Assembly (NCBI RefSeq): GCF_009914755.1
Contig: NC_060938.1
Length of the DNA stretch: 64,000 nucleotides
Origin: the human T2T-CHM13v2.0 reference genome, Homo sapiens
Direction: 5' to 3' (one strand)
Under the pieces are notes generated by a model. It saw only the letters and a program-made list of their open reading frames with translations, did no database searches and was not told the DNA's origin. This document shows, piece by piece, positions 1 through 13,114 of this stretch. Numbering within the stretch: position 1 is the first letter of the stretch; the number at the start of each line of letters is the position of its first letter. Position numbers and translations under genes: made by a program.

Positions 1-893
1 CTGGGGCTGCGGCAGAAAGTTCCCACCAGGGTAATGCCTAAGTGGAACTGTGGAAGCAGGACCGCTTCCAGGACCCTGGAACTATGGAGTCACCGGCAAC
101 ATGCAACATCCACCTGGGAAAGTTTCAGGCACTGGACTTCAATCCATACAAGCAGCTATGTGGGTTGCACCCAGCAAAGCCATAGGGGTAGAGTTACCTG
201 AGGCATTGGGGGCTCAACCTTGCCCCAGTGTGTTCAGTAGGTAGAACATGGAGTCAAAAGCAATTATTCTTCAGCTTTAAGGTTTAATGTTTACCCTGCT
301 GGGTTTCCGACTTGCTTGGGGCCTGATACTCTTTTCTTTGCCTACTTTTCTCTTTTGGAATGCAAATGTCTGTCTTATTCCTGTACCACCATTGTAGCGT
401 TCTTTCTTTCTTTTTTAAAGTCACTTTTTTTGAGACAGGGCCTCACTTTGTCACTTAGGAAGGCGTACAATGGCATGATCATGGCTCACTGCAGTCTTGA
501 CCTCCTGGGCTCAAGCGATCCTCCCACCTCAGCCTCCTGAGTAGCTGGGATTACAGTTGAGTGCCACCACAACTGGCTAATTTTTAAAAAATATTATTTT
601 TTATAGAGACAGGGTCTAACTACGTTATGCAAGCTGGTCTCAAACTCCTGGGTTCAAGTGATCCTTCTGCCTTGGCCTTCCAAAGTGATGGGATTACGGG
701 TGTGAGCCACCATACTCGGCCTCCATTGTATCTTGAAAGTAGAAAAGTTGCTTTAATTTCACATGCTCACAGATGAGACTTTGGACTTTGGAGTTTTGAG
801 TTGGTGTTGGAGTTAAAGCTTTGGGGCTATGGAGAAGGAATGAATGTATTTGTATATGAAAAGGACATGAGTTTTGGGGGGTCAGGGGTGGAA
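1..893 (+). mobile_element. MaLR (MST-type) internal sequence, 3' end, interrupted by an Alu
   Basis: Typical MaLR-int 3' text (ggagtcaaaag...ttta aggtttaatg...ccattgtatcttgaaagt...agatgagactttggact) ending in a purine tract (ggggggtcaggggtggaa) directly before an LTR start TGCTATG. Confidence 0.75.
400..721 (-). mobile_element. AluJ-like SINE
   Basis: T-rich tail, then gagacagggcctcact...ggattacgggtgtgagccacc...cggcc; flanked by ccattgta (389-396 / 723-730). Confidence 0.9.
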
Positions 894-990
894 TGCTATG
901 ACTTAGATATTTTTTCCCTCCAAAACTCATGTTGCAATTTAATTCCCATTGTGGGAATATTGAGAAGTGAGTCCTTTAAGAGATGGTTGA

Positions 991-1268
991 GGCTGGGTGC
1001 AGTGGCTGACACTTTGGGATGCTAAGGCAGGAGGATCAGTTGAGTCCAGGAGTTAAATACCAGCCTGGGCAACATTGCAAAACCCTGTCTCTACAAAGAA
1101 TACAAAAATTAGCGGGTCATGGTGGTGGTGCCTGTAGTCCCAGCTACTCAGGAGGCTGAGGTAGGAGGATCACCTGAGCCCAAGAGGTCAAGGCTGCAGT
1201 GAGCTGTGATTGCACTGCTGCACTCCAGCCTGAGTGACAGAGTAAGACCCTGTCTCAAAAACAAATTT
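991..1268 (+). mobile_element. AluJ-like SINE with small 5' internal deletion
   Basis: ggctgggtgcagtggctg...cctgtagtcccagctactcaggaggctgagg...tctcaaaa; degenerate TSD aagagatggttga / aaaaggtgattga. Confidence 0.9.
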
Positions 1269-1359
1269 AAAAAGGTGATTGAGTCATTGGGCTTCTGCCT
1301 TCATGTATGGATTAATCCACCCATGGATTAGTAGATTAATGGGTTAATGGATTAATAGG

Positions 1360-1768
1360 TGTATTAGTCCATTCTCACATTGCTGTAAAGAAATACCTGA
1401 GACTGGGTAATTTATAAAGAAAAGAGGTTTAATTGGCTCACAGTTCTGCAGGCTGTACAGGAAGCAAAGTGGCTTCTGCTTCTGGGGAGGCCTCAGGAAA
1501 CTTCCAGTCATGGTGGAAGGCAAAGGGGGAGCAAGACATCTCATATGGTGGGAGCAGGAGCAAGAGAGAGTGGGGAGGTGCTGCATACTTCTAAATGACC
1601 AGATGTCATGAGAGCTCTATCACGGGAACAGCACCAAGGGGATGGCACTAAACCATTCATGACGGATTACCCCCATGATCCAATCATCTCCCACCAGGCA
1701 CCACCTTCAACATTGGGGATTACAATTTGACATGAGATTTGGGCGGGAATACAGATCAAACCATATCA
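1360..1768 (-). mobile_element. MSTA/MSTB solo LTR nested in the older MST LTR
   Basis: tgtattagtccattctcacattgct...aaaccatatca termini. Confidence 0.85.
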
Positions 1769-2033
1769 ATGAGTCATCGGGAGTGGGACTGGTGGCCTTA
1801 TAAAAAGAGGAAGCGAGACCTGAGCTAGCATGCTTAGGCCCTTCACCACGTGATTCCCTGTGCCACCTTGGGACTCTGCAGAAAGTCCCCACCAGCAAGA
1901 AGGCTCTCACCAGTTGTGACCTTTTGACCTGGGGCTTCTCAGCCTCCATAACTGTAAGAAATAAATTTCTTTTCTTATAAATTAGCCAGTTTGAGGTATT
2001 CTGTTAATAAGCAATAGAAAATGGACTAAGACA

Positions 2034-2107
2034 TGAATTATAACAAGGTGTTTAAGTTTCTAAGTTTTAGGCTAGTTTGTTATGCAACAATAGATAACCA
2101 GAGGCAC
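2034..2107 (+). mobile_element. MLT1 LTR 3' end fragment
   Basis: ctaagttttaggctagtttgttatgcaacaatagataacc resembles an MLT1 U5 terminus. Confidence 0.6.
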
Positions 2108-2399
2108 TTAATATGTATTGATAGAAAAGAGTGTTGAGGGAACTAGAGAGATTTTGGGGAAGAACAGAACTATCTTATAAAGATTTAAATTTTTTCAAAT
2201 GCTGTGTGGTGATATAAAATCTTTCTCTAATCTTTCCTTACAGTCTTCAGGAAAATGAGCATTATTTACTAATGCGTTCCAGGGTAGAATAGAACTGGTG
2301 GTCTTCTAAAGAAGAAAAAAAAATCACAGGGGCAAACTGTATATTTATATGTATCTATATCCTATACACATATACACATATAGCTATGTGTGTGTGTAT

Positions 2400-2735
2400 G
2401 TGTTATATTGCTAAAACTTTAGACAGTTGGAATTTAAGAGTTTATTTGAGCAAAGAACAGTTCATGAATTGAGCAGCACTTGGAACCAGAAGAGGTTCAG
2501 AGAGCTCCAACCAGCAGCATGAGCAGTTAGCTATTATAGAAAGCAGAGAAATCATCTGGTTGGCTCCAGCTAGGTTTTTGCCTTGTTTGGGTATAGTGTG
2601 ATAAATTCGGTTTTTGTGATTGGCTGAATCTCAGCTATTTGTTACAAAAAATATACTCCTAGGTTGGAATTCAGTTTGTTTGTATACAAAGTTAGGTTGC
2701 CTCAGGTCAATCAATGGCTTTTTGCTTAATTTAAT
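2400..2735 (-). mobile_element. ERV1-class LTR remnant (MER57/MER93-like, subfamily uncertain)
   Basis: gagtttatttgagcaaagaacagttcatgaattgagcagcac...gattggctgaatctcagctatttgttacaa...cttaatttaa. Confidence 0.5.
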
Positions 2736-2877
2736 TATATATAAAAATATATAAAATATATAAAATATATATTATATGTTATATATATTATAGCTTTCTC
2801 TCATGCACTCACCTATGTACATATATGCAAGGATGCAAATGACAAGAGTTCTCCTTTTCCCTTTGAGGGATCAGTGA

Positions 2878-3267
<390 letters not shown>

Positions 3268-4303
3268 GAGAATAGTTGTTTCTTAAAGAAAACGGTGATG
3301 TACTGAGGGTTGAGGGCTTCAAAAGAGCAACCACAAGGGGAAGAGGAAAAGTATAGGAGAGAAGGCAAGAGTTGGAAAATAAAATAGTGATTACCGGGAT
3401 ACAATCTGAAGGCTCAACCAGTGAGGTCTTGCAAATGTTGTGTTATATAAAGGGGAGAATGAACTATAAAGGAGCACAACTCTCAATCTCTCAAACTCTA
3501 CATTTAGGACACATTTTGAAATCCTATAACGGAACTGCTTATAGCTGTAGTGGAATCCAATGTATATTGGGTGGGATAACAGCCAATGTGGTTTTGGAAA
3601 GGGGTAATCTACTCATAATCCTACCACCCATCTTGTCCCAATAAAATATTATTGCACGAAGATGTGTATTGACCATCAGAATGCTCCCACTGCAGTATGA
3701 AAGACCACCAGAACAATTCCCCTAATTCTTACCCACTCCCAGCAGAGAATTACATACAGCTTTCATAGCAGGAGGATCCCTGCCGTGTGGTCTGTTTTTA
3801 CTGGTAGACAACAATGAAATACATTTTAGTGTTTAAACAGTTTAAGAAGTTGGAAAATATTTGAGGTAATAATCAGGTATCCAGACTTAACACTTGTTTT
3901 AGAAATCACTAAAAATAAGCCTATTGGTAAATGAGTTAGGGATAGAAAATAAGCCACGGGATTAGGACTGTCAACCAATTTTGATTCTTTGATGACTGTT
4001 TACTGTCATGCTTAAGCTCTGGAGATATAAAGGAGTATTTCCCAAATGCTTTTGTCCTCCTTACCACAGCTTCCCTGCAGGGACAAGATAATACTTCTCA
4101 GCTTCAGCTCACATGGAAAGGTGGGAACACACTTGCCCAGAGACCTGTATTGACTTCTTGAGGATTGGCATTCTCACTGTATCTTTAGGTGATTATAAGA
4201 ATTTTCAGTTCAGGAAGACAAAAGTTGTAAATTTTAACCTTTGGGGAACTTCCTACTTGGGATTAGAGACTATAAAGTGAATGATACAGCCTTGTTAGTG
4301 GTA

Positions 4304-4665
4304 CACGTTTAGTATCCCTTATCTGAAATGCTTAGGACCAGAAGTGTTTCAGATTTTGTTTTTTTTTCAGATTTTGGAATATCACCATATACATAATGAG
4401 ATATCTTGGAGATAGGATCTAAGTCTAAACACTAAATTCATTTATGTTTCATATGAACCATATACAGATAGCCTGAAGGTAATTCTATACAATATTTCAA
4501 ATAATTTTATGCATGAAACAAAATTGTAGCTCTATTTTAATTGCAGCCCATCACATGAGGTCAGGTGTGGAATTTTCCACTTGTGGCATCATGTTGGTAC
4601 TCAAAAAATTTTAAATTTTGGAGCATGTTGGATTTTGGATTTTCAGATTACAGAAGCTCAACCTG
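4304..4665. mobile_element. MER46/Tigger4-type DNA transposon (TcMar-Tigger MITE)
   Basis: TA-flanked; left end cacgtttagtatcccttatctgaaatgcttaggaccagaagtg, right end ctcaacctg. Confidence 0.85.
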
Positions 4666-5542
4666 TAGTAGCATATGCTACTTATGAAATCAAAGTGGTT
4701 GCCAGAATTATGTCTCTTCTTTCAGTGTGATGTATTTAAGAAAAAGCGAAAACTTAGATACATGGTAGCACTATATAACAAACAATAGAAGATGAGACTC
4801 AAAAGGCCAGAATGTGGAGTAGCTGGAAAGGCTACACGAGGTCCTATGGAAGCCAACTTTAGACAGAGCTGGCACTATGAGAAAGTAGCAAAGTCTGGAT
4901 CAGGAGGAGCAAAAGAGTATAAGAGAGTCAAGTTAACAGCTGAGCAAAAGAGTGGGGATTCATGAATTTCCACTGCTGTGATTGATCTCTGCTTTAAATC
5001 TGCAACTACTTCCAGCTCACACCTGTACTTGGGCTTCTGTTTGTGAATATCTATGATATTCCTCTTATTACTCCAGGTATAATCTTTATCAACATCTTTT
5101 ACTTGAACTACAGAGAATATGTCTTTGTTAGTTTCCCAAAGAGCCAAACAAAAACAGCTAGACTTACAAACTGGTGGAGGTTGAGAGAGAGTTTGCACAG
5201 GCTATAGATAACCAAAAAAGTCATCATCTGTAATTAAGCAGGATTTGGTAAATATGAACAGGCTAGTAAACTTTTTTGAGGTTGGCAAATTAGGGAGATT
5301 TCTGTAGTTGGCCATAAATATTAAAGGTTTCATGACTTTAAGCCCAAGTATCACCTTACATCCTGCAGACATTTATCATACACCTTGTTTGGTATATTTC
5401 AGACTTTAATAAACTGCAAGATTTCTTCACTATGATTTCTACCTACCTTAATATACAATTCATATTTAAAATCACCCATTAAACCAATTGTTGTGGCTGC
5501 TTGGGATTCTAATTTGCAGAAGTACATTTTGGAAACCTGAAT

Positions 5543-5752
5543 GCAATAAGAATGATATAATGGACTTTGGGGACTGCAGGGGGAGGGTGGGAGGGGGTGA
5601 GGGATAAAAGACTACACATTGGGTACAGTGTACACTGCTTGGGTGACGGGTGCACCAAAATCTCAGAAATCACTACTAAAGAACTTTTCCATGTAACCAA
5701 AACCCATCTGTTCCCCAAAAGCTATTGAAATAAAATAAAAATAATAAAAAAA
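5543..5752 (+). mobile_element. L1PB-like 3' UTR fragment with A-rich tail
   Basis: gatataatggactttgggga...gggtacagtgtacactgcttgggtgacgggtgcaccaaaatctcagaaatcact...aaataaaataaaa. Confidence 0.85.
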
Positions 5753-5842
5753 TTTGCAAGATATTAGACTTCCCATTGGATTCAGGGCTTCTCAAATATT
5801 GATGTCACTTTGCATTTTAAATTTCATGAGCAAGAGTTTGTA

Positions 5843-5997
5843 CAGACCAGAATTTCAGTCCCAGCTCTGCCACCTCATAGTATTGTGAGTCTGGGAAAAT
5901 TACTTCACTTCTCTCTTCCTCAATTTAACTTCACAGGGTTGATCTGAGGATTAAAGACACAACATAAGTAAGGAAGCTGGCACGTAGTAGATGCATA
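5843..5997 (+). mobile_element. MIR SINE
   Basis: Core ttcagtcccagctctgccacct...gtgagtctgggaaaattacttcacttctct. Confidence 0.7.
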
Positions 5998-6254
5998 TGT
6001 CAGATTTGCTCTCCTTATTGGTGGGATGGGTAGAGTAGGAGGGGGAGGATGACATTTTTCTATCTCCAGGTTCAGGAAAAATTTGAACCAAGATATAATA
6101 TTCAATTCCAAAGTCAGAGTAAACATTTTTTCATTATAAAATGACACATTAATATATGTTTGTTGTAAAAAATGAAGATCATATATGTAGTAAAAAGTAT
6201 GAAGACTGCCTTCCCCCATTTCCCATCCCACTTTCCTCCCCAGATTAAGGGTCA

Positions 6255-6616
6255 TGTCAGAGCCTTTGCTCGGGGAGACTTCTCCACTCCCCTCCCACAT
6301 CCTACAGGGCTACTGCTTATCTTCAGGTCTCAGTTTAAATGTCATTTGCTTGGAGAAATCCCCTTTGACCACTCTAAGGTGGTCTCCTTGCTTCCTTCTT
6401 TTATTTTCTATGAGTACACCCTATGCATATTCTTCACCATATTTATGTGAAATTGAACTTTTGCAGTAAGAGCTTTGTTTGTGTGCATCCCCTGTTAGAC
6501 TATAAGCTCCATGAAGGCCAGATGTTGGCTGTTTTGTTCATCACTGTACACTAGTACCTGGCGTGGTCTGTGGTATATAGAAGGTACTCAATCAATATTT
6601 GTTGGATTGAATGAAA
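6255..6616 (+). mobile_element. L2 3' end
   Basis: ttagactataagctccatgaaggc...tactcaatcaatatttgttggattgaatgaa. Confidence 0.75.
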
Positions 6617-8204
6617 GATGCTTGTTTAATGTTTTACTTTATATTCAGTGTATAGATTTTTCTGGTGACTCTTATACTCATGTTTTTGCCAAAATTGTAA
6701 TATATAGCCACACTGCAGAGATATTCTGGAGGAATCTGAAAATAGCATACAAATGTATGAAATTAATATAGTTTCTGAGTTTTTGAGAGCCAGGGAGTTT
6801 TGCTGATTTGTTAGTATTTGTCAGTCATTTAGTAAGTATTTATTGAGTGCTTTAGATAGTCAGTGATAAACAAAACGGATGTGTCCCATATGGAATTTTA
6901 TTCTTAGTAGAGGAAATACATTAATTTTGTAAAAACAAATACATGGAATGGAATGTTATGGTTTGATTATGTTGCCTCAGTTTTGGCCCAGACCCCAAGA
7001 TAAAGGTACTAACTAGTTCCAGTTCTAAAGTGAGATGGAAGATCATGAAGCAGATTTGAAAGGGAAGCTGGTTTTGTAATCTTTAGCTGACGAACTACTT
7101 CTAGCCTATAAAAGAAATTAGAGAAGCCCAGAGGTATTGTTAGGAATATCATGGGATTATCTGATGACGGATGTTGGGGTTGTGACTCCCCCCAGAAGGA
7201 GTGTGGGTGCTTTTCCCTCATTTAAAGGCTAGTGAGAGGAACTTTAATGGAATCACTCATGGAGCTTCATGTATGTGTCCTAGGGTTTGGGGTTCATGCA
7301 GCTGAATCATCCAGAGGATGACAGGCTGTGTCTGGAGCTGCCCTGTCAGGGCTTTTGATGAAGAGTGAGCTGGGTTTGGAAAATAGCAACATTCCCACCA
7401 ATAGTGCTCAAGAAGCGTGCTACTGGTAGGCCAGATGAGGGCTTCTGGAGCAAGAGGAAGAGACAGATGGGATTGTCTTAAGAGTCTGCCTAAAAACATC
7501 ATCTAGAGAGTTGAGAATACTTCAGTGGGAAGAAGAGGAGGTATACTCCCAGATTCCTAAGAGTAGAATGCTAGGAGAACATTCCAGAAGAGATATATTT
7601 GCATGTGTCACGGGAACTGCTGGTGTATGAACTTCAAAGAAAGACAAAAGTGTCCTCTAGAGGAAGTGTCAGCTTTAAACACTTGCCATGGTCAGAGAGC
7701 TTTAGAGGTAGATTTACAAAAGAGTATGAGTCAAATAAGACCTTTCTTTCACCTTGACTCTTATCAGCCTGGCCCTCCCTCAAGCTTTCAGTCTTAGGAA
7801 AGCCAAGTGTGAACTAGTAAGGGAGGAGGAATAGACAAGCTAAGCTGGAAACTAAAAAGACCAACCATGCTGCCTTTCTGGAGGAAAGGAGAAACTTTAA
7901 ATGAAGTTAAGATATTTTAAAAATTCCCTGAACTGGACATATTATTAATTTCCGAATTCAGAATTCAGTGTCTGTATCTGTATCTATTTATCTTCTGGTT
8001 CCTAATAATACAAGGTATGTAATAGATGTGCCTCTGATGGGGAGATTTATTACTGGCCAAGTGTAACCCACATATCTCAGGAGGCTGCAAATTGCCTGAG
8101 ATATTTCCACCCACCCTGTTCCATGCCTTGGTTTTAAAAATGAACTTCAGAGCAGCTTTGAGAAGAAAAGAACACTATTTTCTTATTCTGAATGTGTAAG
8201 AGTA

Positions 8205-8320
8205 TGTGGTAGACAAAATCATGCTTGCCTTCCCACTCCCCAAAGATGTCCAGGTCTGAATCTTCAGGACCTGTCAAGATGTCAAGATGTTACCTTACAT
8301 GGCAGAAAGGACTGTGTATA
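8205..8320 (+). mobile_element. MLT1D-like LTR 5' fragment
   Basis: tgtggtagacaaaat...cccaaagatgtcca...tgttaccttacatggcagaaaggact. Confidence 0.7.
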
Positions 8321-8452
8321 TATTCCAGAGGAAGATTATTATTATATTCCTTCCCTTCCTCAGGAATATATGTATAGTCCCTACAAAATAGGGCTTAATA
8401 AATTGCATGCCAATCGTTAATAGTTTGCATACTATTTTTGCATAATTTTTTT

Positions 8453-8645
8453 ATTCATTTACTCAGTATTTAATGAGTACCTTCTTGGTGCCCAGCACCT
8501 GAAGATATAAAAATGAGTAAGACAGATGCAGATGCAGATGAAGAAATTGAGGCTCTGAGAGGTTAAATGACTTGCCCAAGGTCCATATTTAGTGAGTGGT
8601 AGAGTCGGTTCTGGAATCCATGTGTTCTGATTCCAGATTCCATCC
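8453..8645 (-). mobile_element. L2 3' end fragment abutting a MIR fragment
   Basis: attcatttactcagtatttaatgagtacc, then cagatgaagaaattgaggctctgagaggttaaatgacttgcccaaggtc. Confidence 0.7.
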
Positions 8646-9238
8646 ATTTTATCTTCCTCCTCATCAGTTAGTAAGAAGAGTTACCACTGCCGCATCAATA
8701 TTAAATACTGATTGATCTAATGCATGTACCAAAATACTTTACACTCCATGAGGATACAAAAAGTCTGTCACTAACCTAAAATAAAATAGCAGACTAGACA
8801 AGGTAGAATGTCTAATCTCCCAGTTTTATTTTAGAATTTAAGATAGAATATGATAAATATTATAAAAGAATGGGAATAAAATGGCTTATTATCTGAAAGG
8901 CTAAAGAAAGAATATTTAGCTGGGATAGAAAATCAAGTAGAACCTCTTCCTTTATGGAGGGTGTGTCATTTGAACTGGTCTTGAAAGACGTCTTAGAGGA
9001 ATTAACTTTCATATACTGGGACCGTTTTGGGTCTTTCTCATGGTCATATAATTTTGTGAGAGAGATTGTGGGTTCATTCTCAGCTTAGCATTCACCATGG
9101 CCTACTTTGCACCTGAAGTGTAGTTTTCATTTTCTTTCTTCAGAAGAAGATGGGGAGAAGTGGGAGCTGGGGTTGTTGAAGAAAATGGTTATGGGTGGGT
9201 AGGGAAGACAAGTAGAAAAAATGTTGTCTAATAATCTA

Positions 9239-9575
9239 CAGGCATACCCTGAAGGTATTGTGGGTTCCATTCCAGACCCTTGCAATAAAGCAAATATAGC
9301 AATAAAATGAGTCACATACATTTTTTGGCTTTCCAGTACATATGAAAGGTAGGTTTACGCTATGCGATAGTCTGTTAACTGCACAATAGCATTATGTCTA
9401 AAAAACAATATGCATATCTTAATTTAAAAATACTTTATTGCTAAATAATATGAATGATCATATGAACCTACAGCAAGGTGTACTCTCTGCTGGTGTTGCC
9501 TTGATGTTGATGACTGCTGACTAATCAGGGTGGTGGTTGCAGAAGGCTGGGTTGGCTGTGGCAAGTACTTAAAAA
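9239..9575 (-). mobile_element. Tigger1 terminal fragment
   Basis: TA + caggcatacc...ttccagacc...gcaataaagcaaatatagcaataaaatgagtcaca...caatagcattatgtctaaaaaacaa. Confidence 0.85.
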
Positions 9576-9582
9576 AAACTTA

Positions 9583-9608
9583 GGCTGGGCACGGTGGCTC
9601 ACACCTGT
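9583..9608 (+). mobile_element. Alu 5' stub (26 nt)
   Basis: ggctgggcacggtggctcacacctgt, preceded by a TT/AAAA-type site; the rest of the Alu is absent. Confidence 0.85.
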
Positions 9609-9964
9609 GTCCCCACCGAAATCTCATCTAGAATTGTAACACGCACAATTCCCATGTGTCATGGGAGGAACTCAGTGGGAGGTGATTGAATTACGGGGCT
9701 GGGTCTTTCCTGTGCTGTTCTCATGATAGTGAATGAGTCTCATGAGATCTGATGGTTTCAAAAAACATGAGTTTCCCTGCACAAACTCTCTGTCTGCCAC
9801 CATCCATGTAAGATGTGACTTGCTCCTCCTTGCCTTTTACCTTCTGCCATGATTGTGAGGCCTCCCCAGCCATGTGGAACTGTAAGTCCAATAAACCTCT
9901 TTCTTTTGTAAATTGCCCAGTCTTGGGTATGCATTTATCAGCAGCATGAAAATGGACTAATACA
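9605..9964 (+). mobile_element. THE1 (THE1B-like) LTR lacking its first ~13 nt
   Basis: ctgtgtccccaccgaaatctcatctagaattgta...tccaataaacctctttcttttgtaaattgcccagtc...gaaaatggactaataca. Confidence 0.9.
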
Positions 9965-11375
9965 ATCTCTCATCTGTTGATGGACCCTTAGGTTGCTTCC
10001 AAATGGATCTTATGAATAGTGCTGCAATAACATGGGAGTGCAGATATCTCTTAGATTTACTTGTTTCCTTTCTTTTGGGTATATACCTAAGGAGTGGGAT
10101 TGCTGGATCAAATGGTAGCTCTATTTTTAGTTTTTTGAGGAACCTCCAAACTGTTCTCCATAGTGGTTGTACTAATTTACATTCCCACCAACAGTGTACA
10201 AGGGTTCCCTTTTCTCCACATCCTCTCCAGCATTTGTTATTGTCTAACTTTTGGATAGAAGCCATTTTAACTGGGGTGAGATAATAGCTCATTGTAGTTT
10301 TGATTTGCATTTCTCTGATGATCAGTGACGTTGAGCACCTTTTCAATACTCCTGTTTACCATTTGTATGTTTTCTTTGGAGAAATGTCTATTCAGATCTT
10401 TTGCCCATTTTAAATTGGATTATTAGATGTTTTTCCTATAGAGTTGTTTGAACTCATTATATATTCTGGCTCTGAATCCCTTGTCAAATGAGTAGTTTGC
10501 AAATATTTTCTCCCATTCTGTGGGTTGTCTCTTTGCTTTGTTGATTGTGTCCTTTGCTGTGCAGAAGCTTTTTAACTTGATGTGATCTCATTTGTCCATT
10601 TTTGCCTTGGTTGCCTGTGCCTGTGGGACATCACTTAATGTCCTAGAGAGTTTCTCTAATGTTTTCTCTTAGTAGTTTCATAGTTTGAGGTCTTAGATTT
10701 AAGTCCTGAGTTTATTTTGATTTGATTTTTGTGTATGGTAAGAAGTAGGAGTCTAGTTTCATTCTCTTGCATGTGGATATCCATTTCTCCAAGCACCATT
10801 TATTGAAGAGACTGCCTTTTCCCCAATGTATGTTCTTGGCACCTTTGTCAAAAATGAGTTCATTGTAGATGTATGAATTTATCTCTAGGTTCTCTCTTCT
10901 ATTCCACTGGTCTACATGTCTCTTTTTATGCCAGTACCATGCCACTTTGGTTACTATAGCTCTGTAGTGTATAAGTCAGGTAATGTGATTCCTTCAGTTT
11001 TGTTTTTGCTTAGGATAGCTTTGGCTATTCTTTTATGGTTCCATATAAATTTTAGAATTGTTTTTTCTATTTCTGTGAAGACTATCATTGGTATTTTGAT
11101 AGGGATTGCATTGAATCTGTAGATTGCATTGGGTAGTACAGACATTTTAACAATATTGATTCTTCCAATCCATAAACATGAAATCTCTTTCTATTTTTTG
11201 GTGTCTTCTTTAATTTTGTACATCACTGTTTTATAGTTTTCATTGTAGAGATCTTTCATTTCTTTCAAAAATTAATTCCTAGTTATTTTATCTTATTCAT
11301 AGCTATTGTAAATAGGATTACTTTCTTGATTTCTTTTTCAGATTTTTCACTATTGACATATAAAAATGCTGCTGA

Positions 11376-11714
<339 letters not shown>

Positions 11715-12763
11715 TTACTGAATTTGTTTATCAGTCCTGATAACTTTTTGGTGGAGTCTTTAGGTTTTTCCAAATATAAGATCATATCATCTGCAAACAA
11801 GGATGATTTGACCTCTTCCTTTCCAACTTGGATGCCCTTTATTTCTTTCTCTTGTCTGATTGCTCTAACTATAACTTTTAGCACTTTGTTGAATAACAGT
11901 GATGACAGTGGGCATCCTTCTTGTTTTCAGATCTTAGGGGAAAGGCTTTCAGTTTTTCCCTATTCAGTGTGATACTAGCTGTGGGTCTATCATATATGGC
12001 TTTTATTATATTGAGATATGTTCCTTCTATACCCAGTTTTTTTGGGTTTTTATAACTAAGTGGTGTTGAATTTTATCAAATGTCTTTTAAGCATCAATTG
12101 AAATGATCATATTGTTTTTGTCCTTCATTCTGTTCATATGATGTATCATATTGATTGATTTGCATATGCTGAACCATGGTTGCATCCCTGGGTTAAATCC
12201 CACTTGGTCATGATGAATGATCTTTTTAATGTGCTGTTGAATTTGGTTTGCTAGCATTTTGTTGAGATTTTTGCATCAATATGTATCAGTGATACTGGCC
12301 TATTGTTTTCTATTTTTGATGTGTCTTTGTCTGGTTTTGATGTCAGTGTAATATTGGCCTCATAGAATACATTTGGAAGTAATCTCTCCTCTATTTTTCC
12401 ACATAGTTTGAGTAGGATTGGTATTAGTTCTTCTTTAAATGTTTGTTAGAATTCAGCAGTGAAGCCTTTGGGTCCTGGCATTTTCTTTGATGGGAGACTA
12501 TTATGGCTTCATTCTCATAACTTATTATTGGTATGTTCAGGTTTTGAATTTCTTCGTGGTTCAATCTTGATAGGTTGTATGTGTCTGGGAATTTATCCAT
12601 TTCTTCCAGATTTTCCAATTTAATTCCTTTGGTATTAGTTACAGTGCCTCCTTTTTCATCTCCAATTTTATTTATTTGGGTCTTCTCTCTTTTTTTCTTA
12701 GTGTGTCTAAAGGTTTGTCACTCTTGTTTATCTTTTTAAAAAACCAAGTTTTTGTTTCATTGA

Positions 12764-13114
<351 letters not shown>

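Larger units (their letters stand above)
894..2033 (+). mobile_element. MSTC/MSTD-like MaLR LTR, split by an Alu and a second LTR
   Basis: Starts tgctatg...ccctccaaaactcatgttg; resumes at 1270 and 1769; ends aaatggactaagaca. Confidence 0.75.

Noticed and set aside
4875-5198. 107-aa minus-strand ORF in non-Alu/L1 sequence
   Set aside because: No ATG at the start, no splice or domain evidence
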